A stretch of 64,000 nt of DNA from Octopus bimaculoides (Eukaryota). Of this stretch, positions 62,353 through 64,000 are shown piece after piece. The notes beneath the pieces are model-generated. The model was not told where the DNA came from and ran no database searches. It worked only from the letters and a program-made list of their open reading frames with translations. The first letter of the stretch is position 1, and the number at the start of each line of letters is the position of its first letter. The DNA lies in contig NC_068986.1 of the NCBI RefSeq assembly GCF_001194135.2, positions 114,890,645 through 114,954,644 of the forward strand. Reading direction: 5' to 3'. Made by a program: the position numbers and the translations under genes.

Positions 62353-64000
62353 ATATATACACAGTCGCTAGGCCACTCCATGCAGTATTTCTACTGAGAT
62401 AACATCTCTTATGTACTTGCTGCGTTAAAACCAAAAATATCTGGGAGTGACAAAATTTCATCCCAGCAGCGTCCAACGAGAGCACCAGATGCATTTCCGT
62501 CTTTTTGGGCCTGCTGATATGTTTATCAAATAAATTTATAGAGAGGAAACTTCCTTGAAACTCTAACTCTCTGTCAAATATGACAAGGTCATAAGAACTG
62601 TTTAGATCTTGTACCTTGTCCCTCCTTTAAGAAGAAACTACAGATGTTAATACTCCCAGGTTGTATTCAGAATGACAAAATTGAGTCTTTGGCTACTCTT
62701 GTAATAAAATTGATGTTTAAATGAAATCAAAGTAACATCAACGACCTATTCATTTCTTATGAATGAAACTACAGATGTTCCCTACAATGAACGGGCTTCT
62801 TTGTGGATATGTTCCATGTCTGATGAAGAAATCAATGATGTAGAATCGTGTTTGGAAAGAAATGGGTTACAGAGAGGTCGGGGTTACGAAAGAATTGTTA
62901 ATACGTATGGTACAAAGGCCTTCAATCAAGCATTCTTTGTCGTAACGAAACGGCTCTTTGGAACTTGTAGCTTGTAGAAAGTTAAAAAATTGGGCCTTTT
63001 TCATAACGAAACGGCCCTTTGAAACTTGTACTTGTAGAAAGTTCAAAACCGGCATTTTTTGCGTAATTCTTTAGAATAAATAGAAAAGTTATACATTATT
63101 TTAATGTCAGGTAATCGATATGTTTAACTATTTGCACAATCTTAAATCTTCTTCTAATTTGTATTTCGTAGTTTATAATTGAGAAAGTTTTCTGGCATAA
63201 AATGATCCGCCAGAGAAGCCACTCTGAGAACCTTTAAAAAGTTATTTATGGTTCTGGTATAATTTCTTGTCGTAATCCAACAGATCCAACTTTTAATTGG
63301 AAGCTACATTTACACTAATTAATGATAAATTTAGCCAACAACTGAAGAAGAAATGATGGTAATGTGTCAAAATGTACATGTAGAAATTAGATAGTGAGAT
63401 TCAACTGAAAGTTGAGAAAAGGGCTAGAAATGTTCAAGTATAGATTTATATCTGCATCAACAGATTAACCACTACAGATTCCGGGGTTTTATGGTTTGGA
63501 AGTATAACAGATATATCCTAGATACATTTGTTGCAAAAATTAGGAGGAAAATTTAAGGAAATGATGAACATAGAAAATATCCTCAATTCGCTTCGTAGCC
63601 AAATTGTTTCTAAACTGAAAGACAGGTTGAACCTTGAGAACTTGATACTCTCAGCAAATTCCATGGCTTTGAAGAAGATAAACATTTGACAGTATCGCGA
63701 GTATTTCACTCATGTAAATACGAAAAATGATCTCAGATCAGTTCTCAAATGTATAGAAGAAAATAATTCTCAGCTTCTCTTGACAATTATGGATAACTGT
63801 GGCAATTGTGGTGCGCTTCTTTAACTCCACCAAATTAGTTTTTAAAAAAAACTGTGAGACTCGTGCGGAGAAAAGAGACTCGTTGATTTTCTGTCATTCA
63901 GTTTGAGGAAGACATCTCTTTTGATGCTGAAGACGTGATAAACATTTACAAACATATGATCAACAGGTGAAGGCTGTCATTATTTGTTAAAACACGTTCG

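Overview
Intron-rich, repeat-dense animal genomic window, probably an octopod cephalopod (inferred from the SINE/LINE repertoire and microsatellite load; not verified), with seven N-gaps. Three protein-coding genes were assembled by hand from splice sites and reading-frame phases; the ORF track misses most exons. (1) POLDIP2 on the - strand: exons 1-5, ATG 13869, continuing off the left edge. (2) A complete 7-exon SRR1-like gene (SRRD) on the + strand: 17628-30961, 338 aa; its last intron has a U12-type (minor spliceosome) signature. (3) The 3' ~360 codons of a tyrosine decarboxylase on the - strand: 8 exons, 60235-46045, including 20-nt and 33-nt mini-exons; the 5' exons are probably beyond the right edge. 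The rest is tRNA-headed SINEs, RTE, R4/Dong and Penelope retroelement remnants, mariner fragments, MITEs and simple repeats. The most striking non-coding signals are: a set of minimal type-I hammerhead-ribozyme motifs in Penelope-derived sequence, one pair showing a compensatory stem change; a tRNA-head + hammerhead unit that recurs as head-to-head palindromic dimers; a hammerhead-bearing inverted repeat in the last TDC intron; and an inverted repeat pair next to two SRRD splice acceptors. Ribozyme activity, RNA editing and isoforms are inferences. Repeat boundaries are approximate and judged by eye.
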